From assembly GCA_013239625.1 (NCBI GenBank), contig MU053810.1:877320-941319 (forward strand): DNA of 64,000 nt, given 5' to 3'. Below, one piece after another: positions 1 through 12,362 of the stretch. The stretch comes from Lama guanicoe (lineage: Eukaryota). How positions within the stretch are numbered: position 1 is the stretch's first letter; each line of letters starts with the position of its first letter. The notes under the pieces were generated by a model. That model was not told the origin of the DNA, did not search any database, and saw only the letters and a program-made list of their open reading frames with translations. Both the position numbers and the translations under genes were made by a program.

Positions 1-458
1 ATGGTCCCCATTGATCCTCTTGGAACTAGGCCTTGTGTAGATCCCTCCCACTGGATCAGGGCTGGACCAAGTGACGGATAGAATACAGTGGGAGTGATGA
101 CATGTGACTTCCAAGACTGGTCATGACAGCACCGCACCTTCCATCTCTTGCATGGCTCACTCCAGAGGGAAAAGCCACTGTATGCATAGGACACTCAAGC
201 AGCTCCTGCTGAGAGCCCAGAGGAGAGCAATTGGCTTGCCCACCATGTGAGAGGACAGCCTCAGCCCCCACCCAGCCTCTAGACGTCTGCAGCTCCAGCA
301 GCATCCTGACTGCAGCCTTGTGAGTGGCGCTCAGCCAGAACCACCCAACCAGGCTGCCCCTGAGCACCATACACTATGGGGGATGATTACTGACTCGTGT
401 TGCTTTAAGTCACTAAGTTTTGGAATGATTTGTTACACAGCAGTAGATAATTGATACA
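1..458 (+). mobile_element. MaLR (MLT1-type) solo LTR, truncated by window edge
   Basis: MLT1-like motifs (CAGCCTTGTGAG, CAGAACCACCCA) and the typical 3' end TTTAAGTCACTAAGTTTTGGAATGATTTGTTACACAGCAGTAGATAATTGATACA. Confidence 0.7.
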
Positions 459-3400
459 TCTGTCTTCAGAACAAAGGTTCCCCAGGCTGCAGGCTGAATA
501 GCCCTCAGTTTCTTCCAGGGTCCCTTCCCTGGGGTGGGCATGAAGCCAGAGATCCTCTGCCCAGGAATCCCTCTGTCCAGACTCTTTCTTCCTCTTAGAG
601 AGACAACAGCTCAACCCCTGGTAAGGACTCTGGAAAACACCCCACCCAGGTCTCTGGCTTTGGGGTGAGGCAGGATGAAGGTGAAGTCGTCCCTCAGATC
701 TCATCAGAAGACGTCTTCCCCTCCCTAAGGAAGATGAATCCCAGCAGCTGAGGAGGACACCAAATGGATACAAATGAGCCAGCGTGCTATCAGATGGATG
801 CGTCTTCCCAAGATCTACAGCTGATGGCAGGTGGATTCCCGCCCCTGCTGACATCCAGCCTTCAGTCCCTGGACCATCCCACAGAGCTCTGAGTGGCACT
901 GCCCTCCCCAGAGCTCTGGGGCCATCTGAAAGAGGGTATATGCTCTCTGTTTTGGCCTCTGCTGTTTCCAACTGGAGCCCTAAGGGAGATCTTGGGGGCA
1001 CTGTGTCAGCCAGAATGACATCAGACCCAAAGGTGCAGAAGGGGCTGGTGCTTAGGAGCATCCCCAGGTATGTTTTAAGTTTCCTTAGACCCTGCCAGGC
1101 CGACAAGGCCCCCTCAGTGCCTTGACTCCCTCTTCCTCTCCCGGGGAGGGCAGGTGAAGAGGACTTGTTTTAGGTGGTATGTTGTGTTCTTATTTGCAAG
1201 GCTGCCTTAGAAGGAAACCATCAGACTGGCGTGTTGCCTTCTGATCAGTTTATTACCTTCTTTATCCCGCTGCCTTTGGGTATTGAAGTGTGCATTTGTC
1301 CTGTGAGGGGGTGGGAGCAGGAGAGCACTGGATTCCTTGAGACCCTTCCTCAGCCGGCAAGGGGCACACAGGCTATTTCTGGTTCCCGGGCTTTCCAGAA
1401 CAAGAAGCTGGAAACAAAAATGGTTCCCACCAGCCTCAGAGCCTCCATCTCCCATCGTCTCAGAGCTGAATGAAAGCATGAGGAAGCTTGCCCCACTGCC
1501 CCTTCACACCCGCCCTGGTCTGTCAAGCACCACTACGTACACAGGCGGCTTCCTCGCCCCAGCGCCTCCCGCACGCCTCCCCCTGGCCCCACGCTCAGAG
1601 TCTGTCTCCTTGTTTACCCATCCCTTTACTTCGCTTTCCTGGTCCCTGCGGCACCAGGCAGCATGTTGTTTATCCTCACTCGGGCCTGCCCCCGCGGCTG
1701 TTTCTGGATCATGCCTGCCTCGCTAGCCCTTTGCCTTTCTCAAGAAACACGCCACACTGGCAGGAAGTCCATTTTTTGAGGACATTTTCCATCACGGCGC
1801 CAATGTCTTTGCAAACACGCGGGCTCTGGCCAACTGTCCAAGGAGAGGCAAAGGGAGCTGCCCACCCTGTTTCCTGAGGTGTCTAGGGAAGGGCCCTCAT
1901 CTTCTGCCACTGCTGGAGGTCATTTATGTAAAGTTCTGCCCACTGGCCCACTGGCTAGAGGCCGGAGGGGACGAGGGTGTGGTCCGGCCTTGTGGGCTGA
2001 GCAGGGCCTTGGCGGCGGGACAAATCCTGGCTTGGTCATTTCCAACCTTGTCTAAGGGCAGCTCTATTTCATACTCTGGAAAGCAAGTTTTATCTGCTGC
2101 ACACTGGAGTGAGGCAAGGCATGGGAACAGCCAGCAAGCAGTGTTTTTTGTGACAAATGGTAGCAATGCTGACAGTGATGACGAGGTTTCTGCTGAGCTG
2201 GAGCAGGTCCCGCCTGCACTGACTGAGGCGCAGGGATCCAGGAAGCCGGGCACTGGGCACAGGAAACAGCTCCTCACAGCAAAAGAGAACATAATCGATA
2301 GCACCTTAACTCTGCATCGGATTTTTGTCTCTTGGAGCAAACGTTATCCCAAGGCCTCTAGTTCCAACCCCTCATTTACCAGGAGACAGAATTGAGACCC
2401 AAGAATGACAGTGACCTGCCTGAGGTTATCCAGTCACCAGTGGATCCCATGTCCTGACCCACAATTACCTCTCACCCTCAGGCTGCATCGGCTGACTCCC
2501 AGGCAGACAAACCAAGAACCACTCCTCAGGAACTGGTCAGCGGCAGTGGGATGAGGGATGCTACCTGAGCCGGGCTGTCCCCCAGGCCACATTCTGGGGG
2601 CCCCTCCCAGACCCAGAGGCCATTGCTCAGAGGTGGGGGTCATGTAAGAAGAAACCATTAGCATCTGGGAATGTTTTCCAGAGGAAACTCATTCCCAGCC
2701 CTTGTGCCTCCCTCCTACCCAAGGCAGTGCTGTCTGCTGTTTCCCCAGGAGCCTAGCCCTGTGATGGGAAGTCCCTATCTGCCAGTAAAGGGAGGGGAGG
2801 GGAGGTGATGGGCGTGGCAGGGGTGTAGGCCAGTGGACAAGGAGTCAGAGAGATGATCCGGGAGGAGAAGGGATGTGCTTCCACCGAGCTGCCAGGGGAG
2901 GGGCAGGACCCAGAGGGTCTGAAATGCCATCCCTCAGGCCCCGGGAGAGGGCGGCCCTTCCCCTAAACCACCTCCTGCTCTTCCTCCAGCTGTGTTTGAT
3001 GGGCCAGCACCCAGCACCTTTGTTTCAAAGGCTCTGAGTCTCCCAGGAAGGAGGTGGGAAGAAACTCCCAGCTGGATCTGGGAACTGGACAGGAGGAGAG
3101 GAGAGGCGAGGGGAGAGATGGAGAGAGACGAAGGCAGAGAGGGAGGGAGGGGAGAAGTTGGGGCTGGGGAGAGGCCAAGCTGGTCTCTGGTTCTGGCCTG
3201 GGGCAGGAAGGACAGACAGCTCAAAGGCCCAAATCTGCAGCACTTGGAAGTAAGCACAAACTGTGATCCACTGCCCCTCACCCCCAGGCAAAGTCCAGGA
3301 AGCCTAATGGTGGCCCAGCCCCTGGGGACAGTGCCTCCCATGCCCTGTCACCAACCTGCTTGGCCCTGTGGGGTGTGCAGAACAATACATGCCCTATTTT

Positions 3401-3569
3401 GCAAACGAGGAGACCGAAGTCCAAGCTGGTTAGATGGCTTGCCCCAAGTCATCTGGATATTCATGTCTTTTCTAATTATGTTTACTATTCCCCTCCCATT
3501 TCATAATCAATTTGAAGAGCTTTATCATAAACTGTGTGCTTGCAATAAAGCACTTTGGATTTGCTTCTC

Positions 3570-3960
3570 CACATATTTGGTGCTATGTGCCTGGCATTGT
3601 TCTAGACTGAAAGGTGGACAAAGAAAAACAGAGTCCCCGTGGCGCTTATGACCTGGCACATGGTTATCTTGTGTTAAGTGCTCTGAGGGTAAATGACGGT
3701 TGTGAGAGGGACGGTGCATCGACTTTAGATGCAGCCGTCAGGGACCCTGCTCTGGGATGGCAGCATTTAAGCAGGTGTGGTAGCCTCAGGCAAACTGGAG
3801 CTTGGTGTGTTCACACCAATGGGTAGAGAAGGCCAGTGAGGCTGGAGCTGAGACCACACGCTGGAGGCCTCCATGGTGAGGAGCCAGAGTTGAAACCTAA
3901 TAGAACAGAATCCCTAAGGGGGTGGGAGGGGGTGAGCGGTATAATCCCGTGGACACTTTA
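3570..3960 (-). mobile_element. L2 LINE fragment (old)
   Basis: L2-like 3' end motif ACATATTTGGTGCTATGTGCCTGGCATTGTTCTAG followed by purine-rich L2-like sequence; boundaries approximate. Confidence 0.45.
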
Positions 3961-4439
3961 GAAGATGCTTCCTGCTGCCTTGAGGAGAATGGGCTGTCTA
4001 GAGGCAGGAGAGGAAGCAGTTTCTGCAGTGATAGGGATGAGAGGTGTCACTGGAGGACATTCCAAAAGGAGAAACAGTATAGTAGAGTCTTGGGAGGCTG
4101 AATGAAGATAGGAGGGGACTGGTTGAACCAACTTGTATGGCAGATGGGGACAGATAATGTCAGAACATCGTGTTAGAGGTAAATTGTGGGAGACCACGAA
4201 GATGAGATTTTTCTCTATTCTGGAGAAAATTGGGAACTAGGGAAGTTATTTGAGAAGGGGACTTGTGAATAGATAAATTTCTTTGTTAATTTCTCAAGTA
4301 TAAGAAGTATATTAGATGTAGAGAGGAAAGGAGGCAGGGAGGTCATCTGGGAGGCTTCCCAGAAATTTTGGGGGAATGTAAGTATTCTAGAATTAAAGTT
4401 GTGGCAACAAGAACAGAAATTATCAGAAAAAAATTTACA

Positions 4440-4670
4440 CATAGCACTTGTGACATGGTAGACACTTCTCTAAGTCCTTTACTATATTACTCACTTACTC
4501 CTTGCAAAAACTCCCTATGGGGTATATGTTATAATCATCCCCATTTTACAGATGAGAAAACTGAGGCAATGAACAGTTGTATGACTTCTCTATGGCCCAC
4601 AGCAATTAAGTGGTAGACACTGGATCCAACCAGCCAGCATGACTACACAGTCTGTGCTTTTAACTGCTAA
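4440..4670 (-). mobile_element. MIR SINE
   Basis: MIR core CCCATTTTACAGATGAGAAAACTGAGGC at ~4540-4567. Confidence 0.75.
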
Positions 4671-5147
4671 ATCCTGTTGCCTCTTGGGTGGGTACAAGGT
4701 GTGTTTATGAAGAAATTTAGATAGTATTTGGAATTATGTACCATATATGAAGAAAGCAGTGCTATCTCTATCCCTTGGACCATGTTTATTTGTTTCTTCA
4801 ACATAGCATATTGTTTGAGTTAAGGATAGACAATATGCTTTCAAAATAGAATGATGGCAGATAAAATTTGAAATTTCCTTCTTCGATTTGCTTTTAAAAG
4901 ACCAGAGATAACGTCAATCTATTTATTCAAATGCCTCTCAAGTGATAGGCATTTATGTTCTCCAGATATCAATTTTGTATTTTGCTGGGAGATGAAACTC
5001 TGGACTAATTATTTGCAGGGTCTAAAGCCACTAGAATTATCTGGAGGCAAGAAAAGAAAAAAGCCCCAAAACCCAAAAAAGTCTGATTTTCTCCAGATGG
5101 TATTCATTGCACATTTCTATGTCTAGATATAATTATAAATAATAATT

Positions 5148-5738
5148 TCTGGGGCATATATCCAGAAGGAACCCTACTTCAAAATGACACATGCACCCCA
5201 ACGTTCCTAGCAGCACTATTTACAATAGCCAAGACATGGAAACAGCCTAAATATCCATCAACAGACGACTGGATAATGAAGATGTGGTATATTTATAAAA
5301 TGGAATACTATTCAGCCATAAAAACTGACAACATAATGCCATTTGCAGCAACATGGATATTCCTGAAGAATGTCATTCTAAGTGAAGTAAGCCAGTAAGA
5401 GAAAGAAAAATACCATATGAGATCACTCATATGCGGAATCTAAAAACATAACAAAACATAAATACAAAACAGAAACAGACTCATAGACATAGAATACAAA
5501 CTTGTGGTTGACAGGGGGGCAGGGGGTGGGAAGAAACTGGGATTTCAAAATGTAGAATAGATGAAAGATTGTACTGTGTAGCACAGGGAAGTATATACAG
5601 GATCTTGTGGTGGCTCACAGCAAAAGAGAACATGACAATGAATGTATGTATGTTCATATATAACTGAAAAACTGTGCTCTACACTGGAATTTGACACATT
5701 GTAAAATGACTATAACTCAATAAAAATGTTTTAAAAAA
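5148..5738 (+). mobile_element. L1 3' end (ORF2 C-terminus + 3'UTR), young lineage-specific subfamily
   Basis: Encodes [27 protein letters not shown], closely similar to the copies at 36.1 kb and 60.5 kb; ends CAATAAAAATGTTTTAAAAAA. Confidence 0.9.
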
Positions 5739-5898
5739 TAGATAAACATCAGGGTCTTACTGTATAGCACAGGGAACTATATTCAATACCTTGTAATAAC
5801 CTATAATGAAAAAGAATATATATAAATATATAACTGCATCACTATGCTGTACACCAGAAACAATATTGTAAATCAACTATACTTCGATTAAAGAAAAA
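5739..5898 (+). mobile_element. L1 3'UTR tail fragment (different subfamily)
   Basis: CTGTATAGCACAGGGAACTATATTCAATACCTTGTAATAACC...TATGCTGTACACCAGAAAC...TATACTTC, the same tail type as 23660-23815. Confidence 0.75.
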
Positions 5899-6662
5899 GT
5901 ACAGTTAAAAAATATATATATATATTTTATCACTCTGTATACTATGAGAATTATTTCTCTAAGAACTTGAAAGGCCCTTACAAAATCACATTTTTATAGT
6001 TCTCTTCTGTTTTTGCATTGGGTGTTTACAGTTCAATTTTTAAAGCACTCAATGCATATTTATGTACTTTTATTTTATTTTTAGGAGAGTGTTCAGTTGA
6101 CATTCACCTGAACTGCCTCACAGAGGAAGTCTCAAGGTGATGCTGAGAAAGATTGATGATTCACGACCCACTCAAGCCAGACTGCAGTAGGGTGCTGGTA
6201 GAAGTCAGAATCTAAAATCATAAAAATGTGGAACCGAGATAGACTATAGGCATGAAAGGACAGAAGCACTTAGAGTTTACTGAATGCATAAATGTTAGCT
6301 TTAAGACATGGAAGCTGTCATTTGTTGTTCCAAAACATCCCCATATTTATAGTTTTAAATGAAATTCACCATCAAGAGTGAAAAAAGCCTCAAATGTACC
6401 TATGTTCAAAGATGTGTTAATTTTATAAATGTTGTCATATTTGTTGTGAAACTAAACAATTCATCATATATTATAGTCAGATATGTAAATACCTCTTACA
6501 TGTTTTTCATCTTTTTTTTAATCTTCACTTCTTTAGATTCTCTTTGATTCCCCCAAACTGTATGGGATAAAGTTTTTAAAAAGTCATTATATAGACTACT
6601 GAGCATATAAAGCTTTTGTGATCTCACATTTGTCTGCTCTTTCACCCCAGTCTCCTTCCATT

Positions 6663-6840
6663 TGTTACCAAACCAAACTTGGATCCCTCGTCCAAGCGCG
6701 GTAGAGCCAATCTAGTGACACCGGGTTGTGATGAAGAAAGCGCAATGTTTATTGCAGGAACTGACAAGTCCCCAGTTTGTTTCAGGGAAGGTGTTTTAAA
6801 GCCAGGATGAGGAAGAGGTTTGCAGGGTGTGATCAGCTCA
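6663..6840 (-). mobile_element. ERV1-type LTR, 3' half only
   Basis: Starts TGTTACC (reverse complement of an LTR ...CA end), AATAAA on the minus strand at ~6748-6753; resembles laurasiatherian ERV1 LTRs from recall; similarity stops next to the DAXX copy. Confidence 0.5.
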
Positions 6841-6849
6841 GGGAGGAAG

Positions 6850-9490
6850 AATCAACTTGCCAACTATGAGAAATAGTACGGAAACGCAACCGAAAGACCG
6901 GACAGCGACGTGAGGGGTAGAGCTGGGAGTGGGACTTAAGGTTTTCAGACAGTTTGGGGCTCCCACAGTAAAGGTCCAGAAAAACATATGGTACTAATGG
7001 TTGCTGAAGACAGGCAGTGAGGACACTGTTGAGCATGGCTGGGTGTTTTTGAAACCCAGGAAGACTGGAAAATGTGTGAGATGATGGGATGGGGCTGTGC
7101 TGGAGGGGCTCTTTCTGAGGCCCCATCCCCTTCCAGCAGGAATTACGAAATCCCCAACACTTTCTCCCTCCAGGGGGTTTGATCCCCCATGGCCACCACT
7201 AACAGCATCATCGTGCTGGATGATGATGATGAAGACGAAGCAGCTGCTCAGCCAGGGCCCTCCCACCCACCCCCGAATCTGGCCTCACCCGAGGCAGAAG
7301 CCCCTGGCTCCTCCCAGCCCCATGTGGCCAGAAGAAGCAGTAGTTCGGGTGGCAAGAAATGCTACAGGTTGGAGAATGAGAAGCTGTTTAAAGAGTTCCT
7401 TGAACTGTGTAAGACGCAGACAGCAGACCACCTGGAGGTGATCCCTTTCCTCTATAACCAGCAGCAGCGTGCCCACTCTCTGCTTCTGGCCTCAGCGGAG
7501 TTCTGCAACATCCTCTCTCAGGTCCTCTCTCGGGCTCAGAGCCGACCAGCTAAGCTTTATGTCTACATTAATGAGCTCTGCACTGTCCTCAAGGCCCACT
7601 CAGCCAAGAAGCAGCTGAATCTGGCCCCTGCTGCCGCCACCTCTAGTGGGCCCTCTGGGAATAACCCTCCCACAGACTCCTCGGACCCCACAAATGCTGA
7701 GACCACTGCCTCTGAGGCCCCAAGGACCCGTGCTTCCCGGCGGCAGATCCAGCGCTTGGAGCAGCTGCTAGCACTCTATGTAGCGGAGATCCGGCGGCTG
7801 CAGGAAAAGGAGCTGGATCTCTCAGAACTGGACGACCCAGACTCCACTTACCTGCAGGAGGCAAGGTTGAAGCGTAAGCTGATCCGCCTCTTTGGGCGGC
7901 TGTGTGAGCTGAAAGACTGCTCTTCACTGCCAGGTTGGGTCGTAGAGCAGCGCATCCCCTACCGTGGTACCCGCTACCCAGAGGTGAACAGGCACACTGA
8001 GCAGCTCATCAACAAACCAGGGCTTGACACCTTCCCTGACCATGGAGATGTGCTGCGGGCCGTAGAGAAGGCATCTGCTCGGCACAGTCCTGGCCTCCCC
8101 TGACAGCAGCTTCAGCTGATGGCTCAGGATGCCTTCCGAGATGTGGGCATCAGGTTACAGGAGCGTTGCCACCTTGATCTCATCTACAACTTTGGCTGTC
8201 ACCTCACAGATGACTACAGGCCAGACATTGATCCCACACTGTCAGATCCTGTCCTCGCCCAGCACCTGCGGGAGAACCGGAGCTTGGCTATGAGCCGTCT
8301 GGATGAGGTCATCTCTAAATATGCAATGAAGCAAGACCAGAGTGAGGAGGGCGAGAGACAGAAGAGAAGAGCCCAGCTCCCCCAAGCCACCTCTTCCCAC
8401 TCTGTAGATCCCCCCAAAGCCTCCTTGGATTCTGGTGAGGGCCCTAGTGGGATGGCATCCCAGGAATGCCCTACCACCTCCAAGGCTGAGAAAGATGATG
8501 AAGAAAATGAGGAAAGTGAGGAGGAGGAGGAAGCAGGTAAGGATGGAGATAAGAGCCCCATGTCCCCGCTACAGATCTCCACTGAAAAGAACCTGGAACC
8601 TAGCAAAGGGATCAGCAGGTCTTCAGGGGAGCAGCAAAACAAAAGACTTGCAGTGTCACCATCTTCACTGTCGGAAGAGCCCCCAGCCCTCTCCAGCACA
8701 GATGCTGAAAGCAGTGGAGAACACCTCGAGGAGTTGCCCCTGGAGGAAGAGAGCCCTATGTCTCAGCTCTTCGAGCTACAGATTGAAGCCTTGCTCCTGG
8801 ATACTACCCCTTCTCCTGAGAAGAGGGATGCTTCCTCTTCCAGGAAGCAATCAGAGGAACCCCTCACCACTGTTTTGGAGAATGGAGCAGCCATGGTCAC
8901 CTCCACTTCCTTCAATGGAGGTGTCTCTCCTCACACCTGGCGAGATGCCGGTCCTCCCCACAAGAAATCTCGGATGGAGAAGCAAACAGAAGCAGGGCCA
9001 TTAAGAAATAGCCATGTGGAAAGGCAAAGGGCATTGCGTGGGAAGAACGGGAAGGAGACATGTACGCTGCCCAGCCCACCTTCCCCCTTGGCTTCCACGG
9101 CTCCTGTTGCTGATTCCTCAGGGAGGGTGGACTCTCCTAGCCATGGCCTGGTGACCAGCTCCCTCTGCAGTCCATTTCCACCCTGCTGTCCCAAACCCCC
9201 CAATCACAACCCTCCAGGCCTGGTACTTATGAGATGAGTGTGGCCACACAGTGCGATCCAGAGGAGATCATCGTGCTCTCAGATTCTGATTAGCTGCCTC
9301 CCCCTCCTCCCTGCCTCCAAAATGTTTTGGAATAGTATTTGGAGGATGGTGGGAAGCAGACGACAGAGGAAGGGATGGACTGAGCTAAACTCCTTTTGGT
9401 GGTTTCTTTTTTTTTAAAAAAAAAGGCTTAAGTTTTACACAGAAACATTAATAAACAATAAAGTTCTTTTCTTAGTGTTAAAAAAAAGAA
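6850..9490 (+). pseudogene. DAXX: DAXX processed pseudogene (death domain-associated protein 6)
   Basis: Intronless CDS 7189-9293 from MATTNSIIVLDDDD to ...CDPEEIIVLSDSD*. Nonsense TGA at 8101-8103 (probably from CGA), frameshift near 9180, AATAAA at 9450 and 9457, A-tail at 9480-9487. 5' boundary uncertain. Confidence 0.95.
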
Positions 9491-9552
9491 ATCACACTCA
9501 ATTTCAACATTTTTTGACAGGCAGGCTTTGTTAATTATGATTGTCCCACTTG

Positions 9553-10321
9553 GTGACTACAGGTTAAACCTGGGCTTTTGAACAAATAAATCTAAACAAA
9601 GGATGTCTGCTCACACATCTTTTTCTTGTGTTTTAGTAAAAATATCCTTTCCTTAGAGTCTCAGATGAAATAGCACGTCTGGGAGAAGAGCTTACCATCC
9701 TCTGTTAAGTGTAGGGACTTGTCTGCTAAGCTTGTTTTTCTGAAGTGTGTGTTAATTCCTTCTCCTCCTCACAGCTATCATCAGCAGGCTTTTAGGACCT
9801 CTCCAATCGACTTGTGACAAGGCCTTGCTCAGAGGAAGTTAAAAGGAAAAAGAAACACTGTATATGAGCGAACTCTCCAAAGTGTCTCAAGAAAAGAATT
9901 AGTATTTACTTTAAGTTGTTCCCTTTGAAGACATTTTTTAAAAGCAAATTTGTAGGTCATTAGGAAGACTTACGGATGACACAGGTGCAGATAGAAACTC
10001 CAGAGAAAAATCACCATTTCTTCCCGACTCTTTTTTGAATATAAAGTCAGAATGTGTAACATCAGGGTTAGATTTATATTAGGGGTTTCTTGGGGCTCAA
10101 ACTCATTTATAAGTCGGGATTAAGTTATGTCAAGAAAGCTGGGAAGTATCATTAGAAAATGTCAGGAAGGAACAATTTTTATGAAGGGGTAAGTTTCTGA
10201 TTGACCCAGAGCCATTCTGGCTTTAAAACATCAAAGCACAAAGGTCAAAGTGATATTGAGGATCAGCAAGCAGACCACTAGGGTCAGTTTGTTCAAAAGC
10301 CCAGGTTTAACCTGTAGTCAC
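9553..10321. repeat. 34-bp perfect inverted repeat pair (9553-9586 and 10288-10321)
   Basis: GTGACTACAGGTTAAACCTGGGCTTTTGAACAAA and its exact reverse complement about 700 bp downstream. Confidence 0.95.
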
Positions 10322-10608
10322 AGCGGGAAGCTTATAAATGCGGGGTGAAGGAGTAGCTCGATCAAAGTATTATCTTTCAAACCAAACCAAAACACAACAA
10401 ACAGCAAACATAAACCAAGTCAAGTCCCCCCACCCCAGAATCAACATTCACTTAGGACATACCAGTATCTTCTTATCTTATCCTGTACTTCTATGAGAAA
10501 CACCTATTTTAACACTGCTGACTTCTTATTTTTAAGGAAGTTATTTATCATTCTAAACTACTTTCTTTTGAACACCTTTAGATTTTTGGGTACTTTTAAG
10601 TTATTATA

Positions 10609-10716
10609 AGCTCAGTGGTAGAGCACATGCTTAGCACGCACAAGGTCCTGGGTTCAATCCCCAGTACCACCATTAAATGAATTAATAAACCTAATTATCT
10701 CCCCCACTTAAAAAAA
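10609..10716 (+). mobile_element. tRNA-derived SINE (Vic-1-like, camelid)
   Basis: A box AGCTCAGTGGTAGAG, B box GGTTCAATCCC, A-tail, 11-bp TSD AAGTTATTATA (10598-10608 and 10717-10727). Confidence 0.9.
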
Positions 10717-11446
10717 AAGTTATTATAGCTTGTTCAGTTGCCTAATGATCTATTTGGGAGTAACTGATAATATTTTAATGCAGGTCTACCTCATATAAGT
10801 GATTCCAAATTAAATGGCACTAAGGAATCTGCTGTCTCATGGGAAATTGTTAAGGTGCACAAGGAAGTATTTGTAAACAAATGAGAACACCTGTTACTGG
10901 CAGGAGGCGAAATTAGAAAAGCAGAATGTGAGACATTGATATTGAGGGAATAATTCCCTTCTACAAAGACTACAAGAAAATCTCTCAAGAAAATAGTTGA
11001 TACTTTTTTTTTATGACATTTACCAAATCAGGGTAACACAAAGAAAAGGATTTGCTGAGAATCATGTATTGGGGAGTCATGTGGCAGGTGGAACTAGGGT
11101 CAAGGTTTTCATTGTGCCATTTGCATTTTGATGACTCAAAGGACCTCAAAATATTTTGGGTTTTGAGGAAAAGGGGGACATACAAAAAACACGTGGAGGG
11201 CTATGATGAATAGTTTGATGGTCAGGTGTGGACCACCTTCCCTGCAGGTGCAGACAATCAACATTATCCAAGCAAACAAGACAGACATGGGCTAAGCGGA
11301 GGGAAAGCCAGTGTCAAGCTGTTGGACATAAAATTGCCTCATGGGTTGTTTCATTTCCTTTAATACTGATTTCAAAGCAGCCAACTATTAACCTTTGGGT
11401 CCAGCTTGTTGCTTAGACACAGGACTGCCAAGTTAATCATCTGATG

Positions 11447-11743
11447 GAGGAGTTAGCAGGCTTTTCCCATAGAGGATTAATAGTAAATATGTTCATATGC
11501 TGTACACCAGAAATTGACATAGCATTGTAAACTGGCTATACTTTAATTAAAAAAATAGTAAATATGTTCAATTTCGGGGACCATGTGACGTCTGTTGTAG
11601 CTATTCAACTCTGATGTAGTCAGATGGCACAGCCTTAAACAATATGTATATGATGAGCATGGCTGTGTTCCAATAAATCTTTATTTATAAAAAATCAAGA
11701 TGTAGGTGGGATTTGAGCCTTGGGCCATAGTTTGCCAGCCCTG
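11447..11743 (+). mobile_element. MER58A-like hAT-Charlie MITE with a nested L1 tail
   Basis: MER58 motifs ATGGCTGTGTTCCAATAAA and GGCCATAGTTTGCCAGCCCTG; 58-bp L1 3' tail inserted at 11496-11553 with a 17-bp TSD. Confidence 0.75.
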
Positions 11744-12362
11744 TGGTCTGAAGCCACTTTCTTGTGGAAGACATGAAAATCTGCTTGGTGGAATTTTAGA
11801 GAGAGGATACTAAGTGAGCTCTGTCTCTGTGATTTTTGTTTTCTTTTAAACTTGATTATTCTGCAATTTAAAAATTCTCTAATAGCTCATCTTGAGTTTG
11901 GCTTTTTATGGCAACAAAACAAATTTATCTAATCCTGCACTTACTTATGTAACCCTGAGACCCACTCAAGACTATAAGCATCTTAAGAACAGAACTGATT
12001 TACTTCATTTCTGTGTTCTCAGTGCACAGTGTAGTGCCCATCACTAAACAGATGATAGGTATTTTAATTGGAGCATCAAGTATTTCAACATTTCTAGGCT
12101 GCTTTAAGTACAATAAAAATTCTGAAAAGCTTGAGAAAAGAAAAGTGCTCAGTGGCTCCTATTTCTACAATAAAGAGCCTACTAGTCAATGTTTTTCTTG
12201 CCTTTGGAAACATTTTTATTGCTGCAGTACAAAAAAAAAAGTTTCTGGACTGAAACCTTTTATTCAGGGTTTCCAGGAAATCAAAGACATAGACCAGGAT
12301 AGGTTTATTTATATAAAGGAATATCAAATATGGTGTCTGGAGCAGTAAAATTGAATTTGGAG

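Noticed and set aside
56..3826. ORFs of 100-230 aa in the GC-rich first 4 kb
   Set aside because: Overlap on both strands, partly inside LTR or L2 relics, with no recognisable domain or exon structure.
6847..6874. Candidate TSD for the DAXX retrocopy (AAGAATCAAC or AGAAAT versus AAGAAATCACAC at 9486)
   Set aside because: Needs two indels or is only 6 bp long; not convincing.
7189..9237. DAXX as the functional gene
   Set aside because: Intronless, with a poly-A remnant, a nonsense codon and a frameshift; the parental gene is multi-exon and lies in the MHC region.
10609..10680. tRNA-like sequence with A and B boxes
   Set aside because: Followed by a SINE body, A-tail and TSD, with diverged copies elsewhere in the window, so it is a SINE and not a tRNA gene.
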